Source: Candidatus Methylomirabilota bacterium
Lineage (GTDB): Bacteria > Methylomirabilota > Methylomirabilia > Rokubacteriales > DASRDR01
Length of the DNA: 64,000 bases
Assembly: GCA_035550795.1 (NCBI GenBank)
Contig: DASZOL010000068.1
Coordinates: forward strand, 16,202-80,201
Direction: 5' to 3'
Below are positions 20,156-29,590 of the stretch, one piece after another. The notes under the pieces are model-generated. The model had not been told where the DNA came from and made no database searches. It saw nothing but the letters and a program-made list of their open reading frames with translations. The stretch's first letter is position 1; every line of letters starts with the position of its first letter. The position numbers and the translations under genes were made by a program.

Positions 20156-20848
20156 TCAGGACCGGAGGTCATCCGTGCCAAGTTCGGCGCCGGACTCCTT
20201 CGCGTAGCGGAACCACACGTCGCCGTAGGGATGCGCCCGCCGGTTGGGGAGCCACGGGCCCCCGTCCGTGTAGTGGATGAGCTTGGTGTCGGCGTCGTAG
20301 CGGTCCAGGACGTTCCACTGAGGGGGAAGCTCTCCGATGCGCTCGTCGGGAATCGGCTCGAACCGGTGGAGCCACTGCGGGCTCCGAGTCTCCACGTTCT
20401 CCACCGACCACATGGTCAGCTTGCTGCAGTCCAGCAGCATGACGCTCGACCAGTTCTTGCGCGGGTACGCCGTCTGGACCCGCCCGTCCATCTTGACGGT
20501 CGAGGTCGGACGATGGTCGTGGTGGACGACCCGGAGCCAGTGGTCGCGGAGATCGAGGTCGAGGACCTCGGTGACGTCGGCCAGGCAGAGCATGTCACAG
20601 TCCATGTAGAGGGCGCGCCCGGCAAAGCCGCACAGCGCCGGCACGAGGAAGCGCGTGTAGGTGAACTCGGTGGAGGCAAGCGGGTCGAAGGGCCGCCGGA
20701 GGCCGAGGGCGGCGAGCTCCAGCGGGCGGATGTCGAGCGGCCGGGACGCGTGCTTGCGAAGCGAGTAGACGAGGACCTGGTAGGCGAGGTCCTGCTTCCG
20801 CTCGTAGCCCACGAAGATGCGATCGACCGATCCGAGCCCCGCGGTCAT
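20156..20848 (-). CDS. GT8-like nucleotide-diphospho-sugar glycosyltransferase (GT-A fold)
   Basis: FLVPALCGFAGRALYMDCDMLCLADV contains a DxD motif, in a protein of about 230 aa. ATGA overlap with the upstream gene at 20845-20848. Confidence 0.6.
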   Translation of the reverse strand: MTAGLGSVDRIFVGYERKQDLAYQVLVYSLRKHASRPLDIRPLELAALGLRRPFDPLASTEFTYTRFLVPALCGFAGRALYMDCDMLCLADVTEVLDLDLRDHWLRVVHHDHRPTSTVKMDGRVQTAYPRKNWSSVMLLDCSKLTMWSVENVETRSPQWLHRFEPIPDERIGELPPQWNVLDRYDADTKLIHYTDGGPWLPNRRAHPYGDVWFRYAKESGAELGTDDLRS

Positions 20849-22179
20849 GCGGCCGTGGGCGCGGATGCCGGCACGGGGTCCGGCGGGTCCCCCCTGGGAT
20901 GGTCGACGTGCCGTCGGATCTCCCGGTAGTAGTGGGCGAGGACGTCAAAGGGCTCCCGCCCACCGTAGACGACCGTGCGCAGCACCCGGTCCACCTCCGC
21001 CGCGTCCACGGCCGGCGGCGCGCTGGCGGCGACGGCATCGAGCAACCGATGGACCTCGGCCGCGCTTCCGGCGCGGAGGCAGCCTCCGAGCTCGTCGAAG
21101 ACGAGGCGGTTCCCGTGGAGATACCCCGCGTAGATCAGCGGCTTTCGCTGGAGCAGCGCGTCGAGGGCAATGCTGGAGTTGACCGCGATCACCGCGTCGG
21201 CGGCGCCGATCAGCGCCGGGGAGTGGGCCTGGGTCAGGATGACGTCAGGCCGATGGCGGAGGTCGTCGAGGACCGGGGCGGGAAGATCCGACCGACCGGG
21301 GCGCGCGTGGGTCCGCAGGACGAGCTGGATGTCAGAGCGCGCACCGATGCTGCGGAGCAGGTCGAATGTCCCCTGTTCGTCCGCCCGTCGGTGCCACTTG
21401 GGGAGGAAGAAGACGACGCGCGCCTGACCCTCGCGGCAGGCGGGCAGCTGCGCCGGTGGGCAGATCTCCCGCAGGACGTGAGACCACTCCGGGCTGAAGC
21501 GCAGGCTGCCCCACACGTGGGCCCGCGCCGGGTCCAGCCCGAAGCGCCGGACCTGGATCTCGCGGTCGTACTCGGCCGGGAACACGCACGCGGCGAAGAC
21601 GCGCCGCCCGTCATCGTACGGCGCACCGCCGGGGCCGCGCCCGAGCACCCGCGAGCCGTCCGGGTTCATCCGCAGCTGCACGCCGTGGGGGAGGCAGAAG
21701 ACGGGTAGGCCGCGCGCACGAGCGGCGGCGATCAGCGCCGCCCGGAAGGGCGGCACGACGTGGTCTCCCAGCAAGCGGATGCGGGTCATCGGCCGCTGCA
21801 AGGCGCGCCACCAGAACCGGCGGTCCGCCAGCCGCGGCAGGCGCTCTTCGATCCGGGACCAGTTCTTCACCGCGTAGCCCCAGTCGAGGACGACAGCCTC
21901 GATCCGCCAGGCCTCGAGCAGCCGGTGCAGGCGTCGGCCGCGCCAGCGCAGCCGGGCCGCCAGCGCCGCCGGATAGGAGGGGGACGCGATGCCGGGCAGC
22001 TCGACCAGCTCGAACCCCGGGGACCTCGACAGGAACTGCAGGCGGTAATCGTCGCGGGCCGGGAAGGGGCGCTCGAAGAGCATCACCACGTGGTCCCCTT
22101 GCTCGAGCATCTTCCAGGCGAGGGGCACCAGGTGATCCACGTCCGGGTAGGCCCGCAACAGGAAGAGGGACGCGCTCAC
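20845..22179 (-). CDS. hypothetical GT-B-like protein (TagF/KpsS/surface-carbohydrate-biosynthesis-like), paralog A
   Basis: 444 aa. Clearly paralogous to 30779-32083 at both ends (MSASLFLLRAYPDVDHLVPLAWK vs MSNFLFLLRTYAEVDHIAPLIWK; VVYGGREPFDVLAHYY vs LVYGGREPFDIPEHYY). GTG start. Confidence 0.65.
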   Translation of the reverse strand: MSASLFLLRAYPDVDHLVPLAWKMLEQGDHVVMLFERPFPARDDYRLQFLSRSPGFELVELPGIASPSYPAALAARLRWRGRRLHRLLEAWRIEAVVLDWGYAVKNWSRIEERLPRLADRRFWWRALQRPMTRIRLLGDHVVPPFRAALIAAARARGLPVFCLPHGVQLRMNPDGSRVLGRGPGGAPYDDGRRVFAACVFPAEYDREIQVRRFGLDPARAHVWGSLRFSPEWSHVLREICPPAQLPACREGQARVVFFLPKWHRRADEQGTFDLLRSIGARSDIQLVLRTHARPGRSDLPAPVLDDLRHRPDVILTQAHSPALIGAADAVIAVNSSIALDALLQRKPLIYAGYLHGNRLVFDELGGCLRAGSAAEVHRLLDAVAASAPPAVDAAEVDRVLRTVVYGGREPFDVLAHYYREIRRHVDHPRGDPPDPVPASAPTAA

Positions 22180-22651
22180 GGGCGTCGTGGCGCCAATCTT
22201 CGTGCGGAGGCAGGTCGGTGGGGCATGGGCTCCTCAGATGACTCGCGGTCGTCCGATGCGCCGCTGATCACGCGCGTCCAGAGTGCGAATTGCGTCGACA
22301 ACTGTCCACCTCGCGGCAGCGAGCGGTCCGCTCATGACGTCGAGGCGGGCTCGCCGCCGGGCCGCGCCTTTGTCCGCACCGGTCGGCAGTATGGGGAAGG
22401 CGCACTCCGATCGTCAAGAGTCTAGTGATTCCGGACCGTGAAGGTCTCGGGGCGGGTCCCTCGCTGCACGATCGTCCCCCGGCGTGCTGCCGCGGAGTGG
22501 GCAGCCCCAAGGATGGATCCTCGCCTTGCCCCGTTCGCCGATTGCTGCTAGCGTGCCGGGGGCCGCCCCAGTGTATCCGCAGGTACGGTGCTCCGGCGCC
22601 GACATCCTGTCCGGCCGCCGATCGAGTCCATCTTCGATCGAGAGGAAAGCC

Positions 22652-23650
22652 GTGCGCATCAGTTCTCAGTTGAGGCGGGTGAAGCGATGGGCCACCGGTA
22701 CTTTGCTCGATGTGCTCCATCGACGCGGGTTCGCCGGGGTCCGCGTGAACCATCGCTTCCTGGCTGCCTGTCAGCAGGGGGTCTTCCTCTACGACCGTGG
22801 CCGGATCACTCGCTTGCTCCGCGGCCGCTACTTCGGAATGACGAGGGCGGGCACTCCTCATACCTACTACATCACCGAGTACACGCGTAAGGGGAGACGA
22901 CGCGGCGACAGTCCCGACGAGCGCAGTCACATCTATCGATGCCGGATGGAAGGGGGGAAGCTCCAGATTGCCGAGGAAGTTCGATTCCACCGGGACGGTC
23001 GGCGCGAGTGGCCGATCAAGGTTCACCAGGTGCGGTGGCATGAGGGCTTGCTCTGGGTCATCAACACCCGGCAGAACGTCGTGTGGAAGGCAGGGCCTAC
23101 GGGGGAGATCTTGGCCGAGTGGACGGGGAGCCGCCGGTTCGCGTACGTTCCGGAGAGCCCCCGCGAGTTCATGTCCCGCCTCCGCGCCTCGGCCGAGTAC
23201 CACCACTACAATTCCATCGCGTTCCGCGACGGGCTGATCTACGTGCTGGCGCACAACGGCACCATCAAGGGCCAGACGAGGCGGAGCTTCATGGTGACGC
23301 TCGACGCCGGGCTGCGCGAAGTGGACCGTCGCCGGGACATCGGACTGGCGTGTCACGACCTCTTCTTCCACGGCGACGATCTCTACATCTGCAATTCGGG
23401 TGAGGGCACGCTGTTGAGGAACTTCCAGCCGGTCGCCCATACCGGGTACTTCGTCCGAGGCCTTGCGCGTCTCGGGTCGATCCTGGTCATGGGCGGCTCG
23501 ATCCCGCGCTCGGACCCCGAGAAACGTGTCACGTCGCGGAGCCGGCTGTTCTTCGTAGATGTGAGGACGCACCGGGTGATCCACACCCTGGCCCTGGGGC
23601 ATGTCGGAGACGTTCACGACATCCTGGCGCTGGAGGACGACGGCGAATAG
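22652..23650 (+). CDS. hypothetical protein with beta-propeller-like repeats (possibly DUF4915/TIGR03032-like)
   Basis: GTG at 22652 follows AGAGGAAAG. There is a recurring blade-like motif: VRWHEGLLWVINT, IAFRDGLIYVLAHNG, LFFHGDDLYICNSGEG. GC is lower than in neighbours; one 60-nt line counts 58%. Confidence 0.55.
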   Translation: MRISSQLRRVKRWATGTLLDVLHRRGFAGVRVNHRFLAACQQGVFLYDRGRITRLLRGRYFGMTRAGTPHTYYITEYTRKGRRRGDSPDERSHIYRCRMEGGKLQIAEEVRFHRDGRREWPIKVHQVRWHEGLLWVINTRQNVVWKAGPTGEILAEWTGSRRFAYVPESPREFMSRLRASAEYHHYNSIAFRDGLIYVLAHNGTIKGQTRRSFMVTLDAGLREVDRRRDIGLACHDLFFHGDDLYICNSGEGTLLRNFQPVAHTGYFVRGLARLGSILVMGGSIPRSDPEKRVTSRSRLFFVDVRTHRVIHTLALGHVGDVHDILALEDDGE

Positions 23651-23880
23651 TGAGCGCATTCCTCGAGGAGGATGCGATCGTGCTGGCATGCCCAGCCGAG
23701 TGCACCGCGTGGCAAGGTCACGACGGTCCGCCCGCGGGCAGCCGGTGCCCCTACCCGCCAGGCGACGAGTCGTGAACGAGGCGACGTCCCGGCGGATCCT
23801 CGGTCCTTGCGACGGCCCGTGCCCGCCCGGACGCCTGCGGTGAGGGTCGGGCGCCTCGCGCGCGCGGGCCGCGCCCCCTG

Positions 23881-25392
23881 ATGGAGAGCCTTTCCCGACG
23901 CGCCATCCACGGTGCCCTGTGGGTCGTGGCCAGGAACCTCACGGGGCAATTCTTGGGGCTCGTGCGCGTCCTGGTTCTCGCCCGGCTGCTGACCCCGCAC
24001 GATTTCGGCCTGTTCGCAGTCGGCTTCACGTTGCTGGCGCTGTACGGCGGCTTCTCGGGCGTCGGCACCCAGCTGACCCTGATACGACGACAGGATCGCG
24101 CACCGGAGATGTTCGACACGGCGTGGACGCTGGGGCTTATCCGAGGGGGGCTCGGGGCGGCCATTCAGCTCGCGCTCGCGCCCGTCATGGCGGCCTTCTA
24201 CGCCACGCCCGACGCCCTCGGCATCATCCGAGCGCTCGCGCTCATGCCGATCTTGCGAGCGCTCGACAACATCGCGGTGGTGGAGTTCCGTGGGGACCTG
24301 GTGTTCCGGCCCCAGTACGTGATCGCCTCGGCGGGAGCCCTGGCCGAGGTCGCCGTCAGCGTCCCCCTGGCCATCGTGCTCAGAAGCGCGTGGGCACTGG
24401 TGGGAGGAGTCCTCGCCGCCCAGGTCGTGCGGGTGCTCCTCTCGTACCTGCTTCACCCGTATCGTCCCCGCTTCCGGCTGGATCGCGCGCAGGTGCGGGA
24501 GCTGGCCGGCTACGGCCGCTGGATCCTGGGGACCAGGGTGCTGACGAAGCTCCTGAACGGCGGTCTGCCGGCCGTCGTCGGCCGCGTGCTCGGGATCGAG
24601 GCCGTCGGGCTGTTCGGCGTGGCGTCGCGCTGGGCGAGCCTCCCCGCGAGCCAGGTGACCGTCATCCTGACCCCGGTGAGCGTCGTGGCCTATGCCAAGC
24701 TCGACCCGTCCCCGGAGCGCCTTCGAAGCGCGTACGTCAGGACGCTCCGGCTCGTCGCCCTGGTGGCGACCCCCCTGGCCGCCTGCATCGTGGTCTACGG
24801 CGTCGACCTGGTCGAGGTGGTCCTCGGGACGCAGTGGCGAGTGGCCGGTTCGATGGTCCAGGTGATGGGACTATACGGTTTCGTGCGCGCAGTGGGGAAC
24901 ACGACCGATCCACTCTTCTCGGGCACCGGCCGGCCCTGGGTGCGGACCCGCGTCCAGGCGGTGGAGCTCGGACTGGTGGCGGCGCTCTTCGGCGCCCTGG
25001 TGGCGTGGGGCGGGATCATGGGGCTCGCCTGGACCGTGACCCTGGCCGCGGTCGGCGCCGAGGGCGTGGCGTTCGTTTCTGCCATTCGGCTCCTCCGCCT
25101 GTCGGCCCAGGAGCTCTTCGACGCCCTTGCCTGGCCGGCCGGGGTTTGCCTTCTGGTCGCAGCGCTCAGGCTGGGGCTGCCGCCGAGCTTGAACACGCCC
25201 GTTCCGCTGGCAGGAGCCCTGGCGCTGTCCGCGAGCGCCTACGGGGTCGCGATGCTCCTGCTCGATCGTTTGAGGCTCTACCCCCTCGACCCCGAGCTCC
25301 ATCCCAAGTACTGGCGATCCGGCGTGGCGCGACTGTGGGAAGGGACCGCGGGGCGGCGGCGACGCCCCCGACAGGGCGATGGTGCTTCATGA
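23881..25392 (+). CDS. wzx: oligosaccharide/polysaccharide flippase (Wzx, MOP superfamily)
   Basis: 503 aa and polytopic. N-terminus MESLSRRAIHGALWVVARNLTGQFLGLVRVLVLARLLTPHDFGLF is typical of polysaccharide biosynthesis (Wzx) proteins. Confidence 0.75.
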   Translation: MESLSRRAIHGALWVVARNLTGQFLGLVRVLVLARLLTPHDFGLFAVGFTLLALYGGFSGVGTQLTLIRRQDRAPEMFDTAWTLGLIRGGLGAAIQLALAPVMAAFYATPDALGIIRALALMPILRALDNIAVVEFRGDLVFRPQYVIASAGALAEVAVSVPLAIVLRSAWALVGGVLAAQVVRVLLSYLLHPYRPRFRLDRAQVRELAGYGRWILGTRVLTKLLNGGLPAVVGRVLGIEAVGLFGVASRWASLPASQVTVILTPVSVVAYAKLDPSPERLRSAYVRTLRLVALVATPLAACIVVYGVDLVEVVLGTQWRVAGSMVQVMGLYGFVRAVGNTTDPLFSGTGRPWVRTRVQAVELGLVAALFGALVAWGGIMGLAWTVTLAAVGAEGVAFVSAIRLLRLSAQELFDALAWPAGVCLLVAALRLGLPPSLNTPVPLAGALALSASAYGVAMLLLDRLRLYPLDPELHPKYWRSGVARLWEGTAGRRRRPRQGDGAS

Positions 25393-25611
25393 GGTCAGCT
25401 GGCCGGGATCGGCCCGGTCACGAGTGCCGATCATGAGTAGCTTGACGGCTCGCCCGAAGACGTGCGATCTTCCGCCCGGGCCGTGAGTCCCGGACTCCGG
25501 ATCGCTGGCCAGGCAGGGCGGGCCTCCGGCCCTGTCCATGCAGGGGTGCTGGCGCCGGACGACCTCTTCGGCCTCCTATCGAGGGTGATGAGTTGAGTCT
25601 CGACCTGACCG

Positions 25612-26760
25612 ATGTCGACTAGACGCGCGGCGACCGGCGGCTCATCCACGACCGGCCCCACGACCATCGATCGGCTGCTGGGGGCGATCTGCGACCCCGT
25701 GCACGAGTGCCCGCTGTGCGGTTCGACGCGCTACACCGTCGAGTCCAGGCACCAGCCCAATCGCTACAGCGAGGAGCTCTCGATTCTCGTCGGGATCCCG
25801 CAGGCGGATCTTCTCGACAACCTCCTGCACCTCAGGTGCGACAACTGTCGCGCGGGCTTCAAGAACTGGTGGTACAAGCCGAGCATCTACAGTCAGCTGT
25901 TCCTGGACGCCGTGCCGGTGCATCCGCAGGGGTGGGACAGCGTGTCCGGCAAGTTCACGTCGTCGTCGTTCGTGAAGGAAGTTCAGGCGCTCGAGAGAGC
26001 CTTGCTGGCGCAAGACAACCGGGAGACCAACAAGCAGCGACGGACGGTCCAGTCCTACGTGGACAACATCCCCGGCTCGAGCCTCCGGTCCGCCGAGGCT
26101 AGGCGCGCGGTTGCGCGTGCCAAGGCCATGGACCTGGACCACATGACGGCGGGGGAGAGGGACCTCCTGGTCGATGAGGTGGCCCCCCTGATCCACACGC
26201 CGAAGGCGTTCGGGCGCTTTGCGGGATACGGCGGAGAGGCGGTCGGGAAGTTCATCGCGGACCACGTGCCTGGTCTCCGCAGGTACGGCGAGGTGGGATG
26301 CCCCTTGTGGGGAATGATCCCCTGGTACGCGCGGAGTCAGAGGGTGGAGACCGTCCACTTCAGGGACGAGGAGAAGGTCTTCTGGGGACCGGGATGCACG
26401 GGGGCCGGCAGGAGCTGCGGCGCCCTCGCCCGCGAGCGGTACTCCGCGGCGTCGGCCACGCTGAGCGGGGCGATCGCCGCGGGGATCCGAGTCGACCTGC
26501 TCTCCGTCATCCACTACATCGACCACCTGCGCTTCCCGGGGGACTTCCTGCGCGCGGCGATGAGCGTCGCGGATCGTCTCCTGCCGATCTGTCACAAGGA
26601 CATTCCCAAGCATCGCGGCGTGGTGCAGCACCACGTGGTCTTCAACCGCTCCGCCTTCGAGTGCCTGGGCGAGCGGCTGGGCCTCGAGATCGTCGACGTG
26701 CTGACGTGTCCTCCCGACTCGAACGACGAGGAGCTGGTCATCCTGCTGAGAAGGAAGTGA
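25612..26760 (+). CDS. hypothetical protein: N-terminal Cys4 zinc ribbon plus a divergent methyltransferase-like body
   Basis: CPLCGS...(44 aa)...CDNC. Downstream, GEVGCPLWGM occupies the position of a SAM Gly-rich motif. VDLLSVIHYIDHLRFPGDFL resembles the MTase post-III region. The function call is weak. Confidence 0.5.
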   Translation: MSTRRAATGGSSTTGPTTIDRLLGAICDPVHECPLCGSTRYTVESRHQPNRYSEELSILVGIPQADLLDNLLHLRCDNCRAGFKNWWYKPSIYSQLFLDAVPVHPQGWDSVSGKFTSSSFVKEVQALERALLAQDNRETNKQRRTVQSYVDNIPGSSLRSAEARRAVARAKAMDLDHMTAGERDLLVDEVAPLIHTPKAFGRFAGYGGEAVGKFIADHVPGLRRYGEVGCPLWGMIPWYARSQRVETVHFRDEEKVFWGPGCTGAGRSCGALARERYSAASATLSGAIAAGIRVDLLSVIHYIDHLRFPGDFLRAAMSVADRLLPICHKDIPKHRGVVQHHVVFNRSAFECLGERLGLEIVDVLTCPPDSNDEELVILLRRK

Positions 26761-26860
26761 GACCGCGCGGCATGAGGCCAGGGCCGGCGGCCCGCCGGGT
26801 GCCGGGCTGGCCGTCCCGCCGGCGGACCAAGCTTCGAGCCCGGCGCGGCGCTCGAGGGAC

Positions 26861-27607
26861 ATGAGGAACCTCATCCTGATTCCAGCCAGATCGGGATCGA
26901 CCCGGGTTCCGAACAAGAATCTGCGGCTGCTCGGAGACAAGCCCCTCGTGGCCCACATCACGGAGAGCGCGGTGAAGAGCGGCGCCGCGCGTGTCGTCGT
27001 GTCCACGAACGACGACGCGATCGCGGAAGTGGCCGTGGCGTGCGGAGCCGAGGCGCCCTTTCGGCGCCCGCCGGACCTCGCGACCGCGACGGCCTCCTCC
27101 CTCTCGGCGATCCTGCACGCCCTCGACTGGCTCGCGCGCCACGAAGGATGGCGGCCGGAGCTCGTGGCATTCTGTCCTCCGACCAACCCGTTCACCACGC
27201 CCCGCACCTTGGCCGCGATGTTCGAGGGTCTCGAGCGCGAGGCCCGGGTGAACTCGATGGTCACGGTCACTCAGCCGAGGACGCATCCGTTCCGGATCGT
27301 CTGCGAGCGGGCGGACGGCACCCTCCGGAACGACTGCGTGACGATGGGCGGCAAGACGATCAACGACTTCGAGCGCAGCCAGGACTTCCCGGTCGTGTGG
27401 GAGGGCTCGCCCGCCTGCCGCATGACCCGCGGGCGCTTCTTCGAGGCGCTCCTGAGCGCCGGTGGCGACATGGCGCGCACCCCCGGGAAGACCTACGACC
27501 CGACCAGCTTCGTCGGCTACCGGATCTCGCGGCTGGAGGCGACGGACATCGACGACGCGGAGGACTTCGAGCTGGCCGCCGACCTATACCGGAGGCTGAA
27601 GCAGTGA
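26861..27607 (+). CDS. acylneuraminate cytidylyltransferase family (CMP-ulosonic/nonulosonic acid synthetase; CTP_transf_3-like)
   Basis: MRNLILIPARSGSTRVPNKNLRLLGDKPLV, PFRRPPDLATATAS and ERSQDFP are typical of NeuA/KdsB-type enzymes. Confidence 0.8.
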   Translation: MRNLILIPARSGSTRVPNKNLRLLGDKPLVAHITESAVKSGAARVVVSTNDDAIAEVAVACGAEAPFRRPPDLATATASSLSAILHALDWLARHEGWRPELVAFCPPTNPFTTPRTLAAMFEGLEREARVNSMVTVTQPRTHPFRIVCERADGTLRNDCVTMGGKTINDFERSQDFPVVWEGSPACRMTRGRFFEALLSAGGDMARTPGKTYDPTSFVGYRISRLEATDIDDAEDFELAADLYRRLKQ

Positions 27608-28662
27608 AGGCGCTGAGGGTCGGTCTCCTGGGCTGTGGCCGGATCGCCCAGCGCTACGTCGAGGTGTTCCGGGACGAGGTGAAGGGCGCGGTCGTGACGG
27701 CGGTGTGTGACCGTGTCACGGAGAGAGCCGACCGCCGCGCGGGGGAGCTGGGGGCGCGGGCCGTCTACGATCTGGCGGACCTTCTCGGGGCGGCCGATGT
27801 CGACGTGGTGGCGATCCTCACGGAGTCGGGACGGCATGCGGAGCACGCGGAGCAGGTGCTCGGCGCGGGCAAGCACGCGATCGTCGAGAAGCCGCCCGCG
27901 ATGTTCCCGCACCAGGTGGTGCGATGCGAGAGGATCGCGGCGGAGGCGCGGCTCATGTATGCCGTCATCCTGCAGAACCGCTTCAATCCGGCCATGCGGG
28001 CTCTCAGGGCGGCTCATGAGGCCAGGCGGTTCGGACGGCCGGTCCTCGCCACCGTGCGGCTGCGCTGGTGCCGGTTCCAGGACTACTACGAGGACGGCTG
28101 GCACGGTACCTGGCGGCTGGACGGGGGCGTGCTCAGCCAGCAGGCGATTCATCATCTCGACGCGCTGCAGTGGATCTGCGGCCCCGTCGAGGAGGTGGTC
28201 TGCGCGCAGGCGAACGCGCTGAACCGTCTCGAGGCGGAGGACACGGCCGTGGCGACGCTTCGCTTCCGCAATGGCTTCCTGGGCGCGATCGAGGCGACGA
28301 CGGCGGCCCGCCCCGAGGATCTGGAGGCCTCGATCTCGGTCCTCGGCGAGACGGGGTTCGCCGTCGTGGGGGGGATCGCGCTGAACGAGGTCCAGGCCTG
28401 GCGGTTCCAGCAGCCGCGACCCGAGGACGAGACGGCCAGCGTGATGTTTTCGCAGAAGGTTCCCACGGGCTACGGTCTCTCGCATGGCCCGCTCCTGCAG
28501 GAGATCGTTGACCGCATTCGAGCCGGCCGGCTGGATCCGCCCATCAGAGGGGAGGATTCGCTGGATGCCCTGCGCCTGATCCACGCCCTCTACGCGAGCG
28601 CCGAGCGGGGAGGGTGGGTCAAGGTGAATGACCAGACGTCGTCGACGCGCCTCGGCCGGTGA
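27604..28662 (+). CDS. Gfo/Idh/MocA family NAD(P)-dependent oxidoreductase
   Basis: VKALRVGLLGCGRIAQRY Rossmann N-terminus and an EKPPA motif. GTGA overlap with the cytidylyltransferase at 27604-27607. Confidence 0.8.
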   Translation: MKALRVGLLGCGRIAQRYVEVFRDEVKGAVVTAVCDRVTERADRRAGELGARAVYDLADLLGAADVDVVAILTESGRHAEHAEQVLGAGKHAIVEKPPAMFPHQVVRCERIAAEARLMYAVILQNRFNPAMRALRAAHEARRFGRPVLATVRLRWCRFQDYYEDGWHGTWRLDGGVLSQQAIHHLDALQWICGPVEEVVCAQANALNRLEAEDTAVATLRFRNGFLGAIEATTAARPEDLEASISVLGETGFAVVGGIALNEVQAWRFQQPRPEDETASVMFSQKVPTGYGLSHGPLLQEIVDRIRAGRLDPPIRGEDSLDALRLIHALYASAERGGWVKVNDQTSSTRLGR

Positions 28663-28690
28663 CCGGGTCGAGCCCTGACGAGAGGAGCCC

Positions 28691-29590
28691 ATGGCGATCG
28701 AGAACAAGGTTCCCGGCAAGGACATCTCGGACAGCGATCTGATCGACAAGTTCCCACTCGCGGCCCGGAAGCATCCCGGCCACCGGAGCGTGATCGAGGC
28801 GGCCGGCGTCCTCTTCGGGGGCAAGCTGATTCCGGTCATGGCGGGGCCGAACACCGTCGAGAACGAGGAGATGATTGTCAAGACGGCGAAAGCGGTGAAG
28901 GCTTCGGGCGCACACTTCCTGAGAGGCGGTGCGTTCAAGCCGCTCACGTTCCCGTACCGGGGGCCAAAGTACTTCGAGCTCCGCGAGAAGGGTCTGGAGC
29001 TCCTCGCCAAGGCGCGGCAGGAGGCGGGGATCCCGATCATCACCGAGGTCATGCACGAGAGCCGGATGAGCGCGGTGGCTGAGGTGGCGGACATCCTGCA
29101 GATCGGCGCCCGGAACATGCAGAACTACCCGCTGCTGGAGGCGGCCGCGGCGACCCGCAAGCCCATCATGCTGAAGCGCCATTTCGGGTGCTCGCTTCGC
29201 GACTGGCTCGGAGCCGCCGAGTACATCCTGAAGGGGGGAAACAGTCGAGTGATCCTCTGTGAGCGCGGCGTGACGGCTCCGCACACCCATCGCGCCACGT
29301 CCCGGTTCGTGCTGGACCTGCAGGTCGTTCCGGCGGCGCAGGAGATGACCCACCTGCCGGTGATGACGGATCCCTCCCATGCGACGTTCTGGCGCCACTG
29401 GGTGAAGCCGATGAGCCTCGCCTCGATCGGGGCGGGAGCGGATGGCGTGATGCTGGAGGTCCATCCGGACCCCGACAACGCCGCCGTCGACCCTCTCCAG
29501 GCGATCGACTTCGCCGCCTTCGACGCGCTGATGAAGGACATGGAGCGTGTGGCGCGCGCCGTGGATCGGACGGTCGGCATCCGGCTGTGA
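28691..29590 (+). CDS. DAHP synthase type I-beta / KDO8P synthase family aldolase, atypical (Asn replaces the metal Cys; KPLT replaces KPRT)
   Basis: Collinear by eye with archaeal/Thermotoga-type DAHPS: LRGGAFKP, ILQIGARNMQN, LKR, ILCERG, DPSH, GADGVMLEVHPDP. However, it has AGPNTVENE (Asn codon at 28850-28852) where GPCS(V/I)E is expected. It also has KPLTFP (Leu codon at 28943-28945) where KPRT is expected. Confidence 0.8.
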   Translation: MAIENKVPGKDISDSDLIDKFPLAARKHPGHRSVIEAAGVLFGGKLIPVMAGPNTVENEEMIVKTAKAVKASGAHFLRGGAFKPLTFPYRGPKYFELREKGLELLAKARQEAGIPIITEVMHESRMSAVAEVADILQIGARNMQNYPLLEAAAATRKPIMLKRHFGCSLRDWLGAAEYILKGGNSRVILCERGVTAPHTHRATSRFVLDLQVVPAAQEMTHLPVMTDPSHATFWRHWVKPMSLASIGAGADGVMLEVHPDPDNAAVDPLQAIDFAAFDALMKDMERVARAVDRTVGIRL

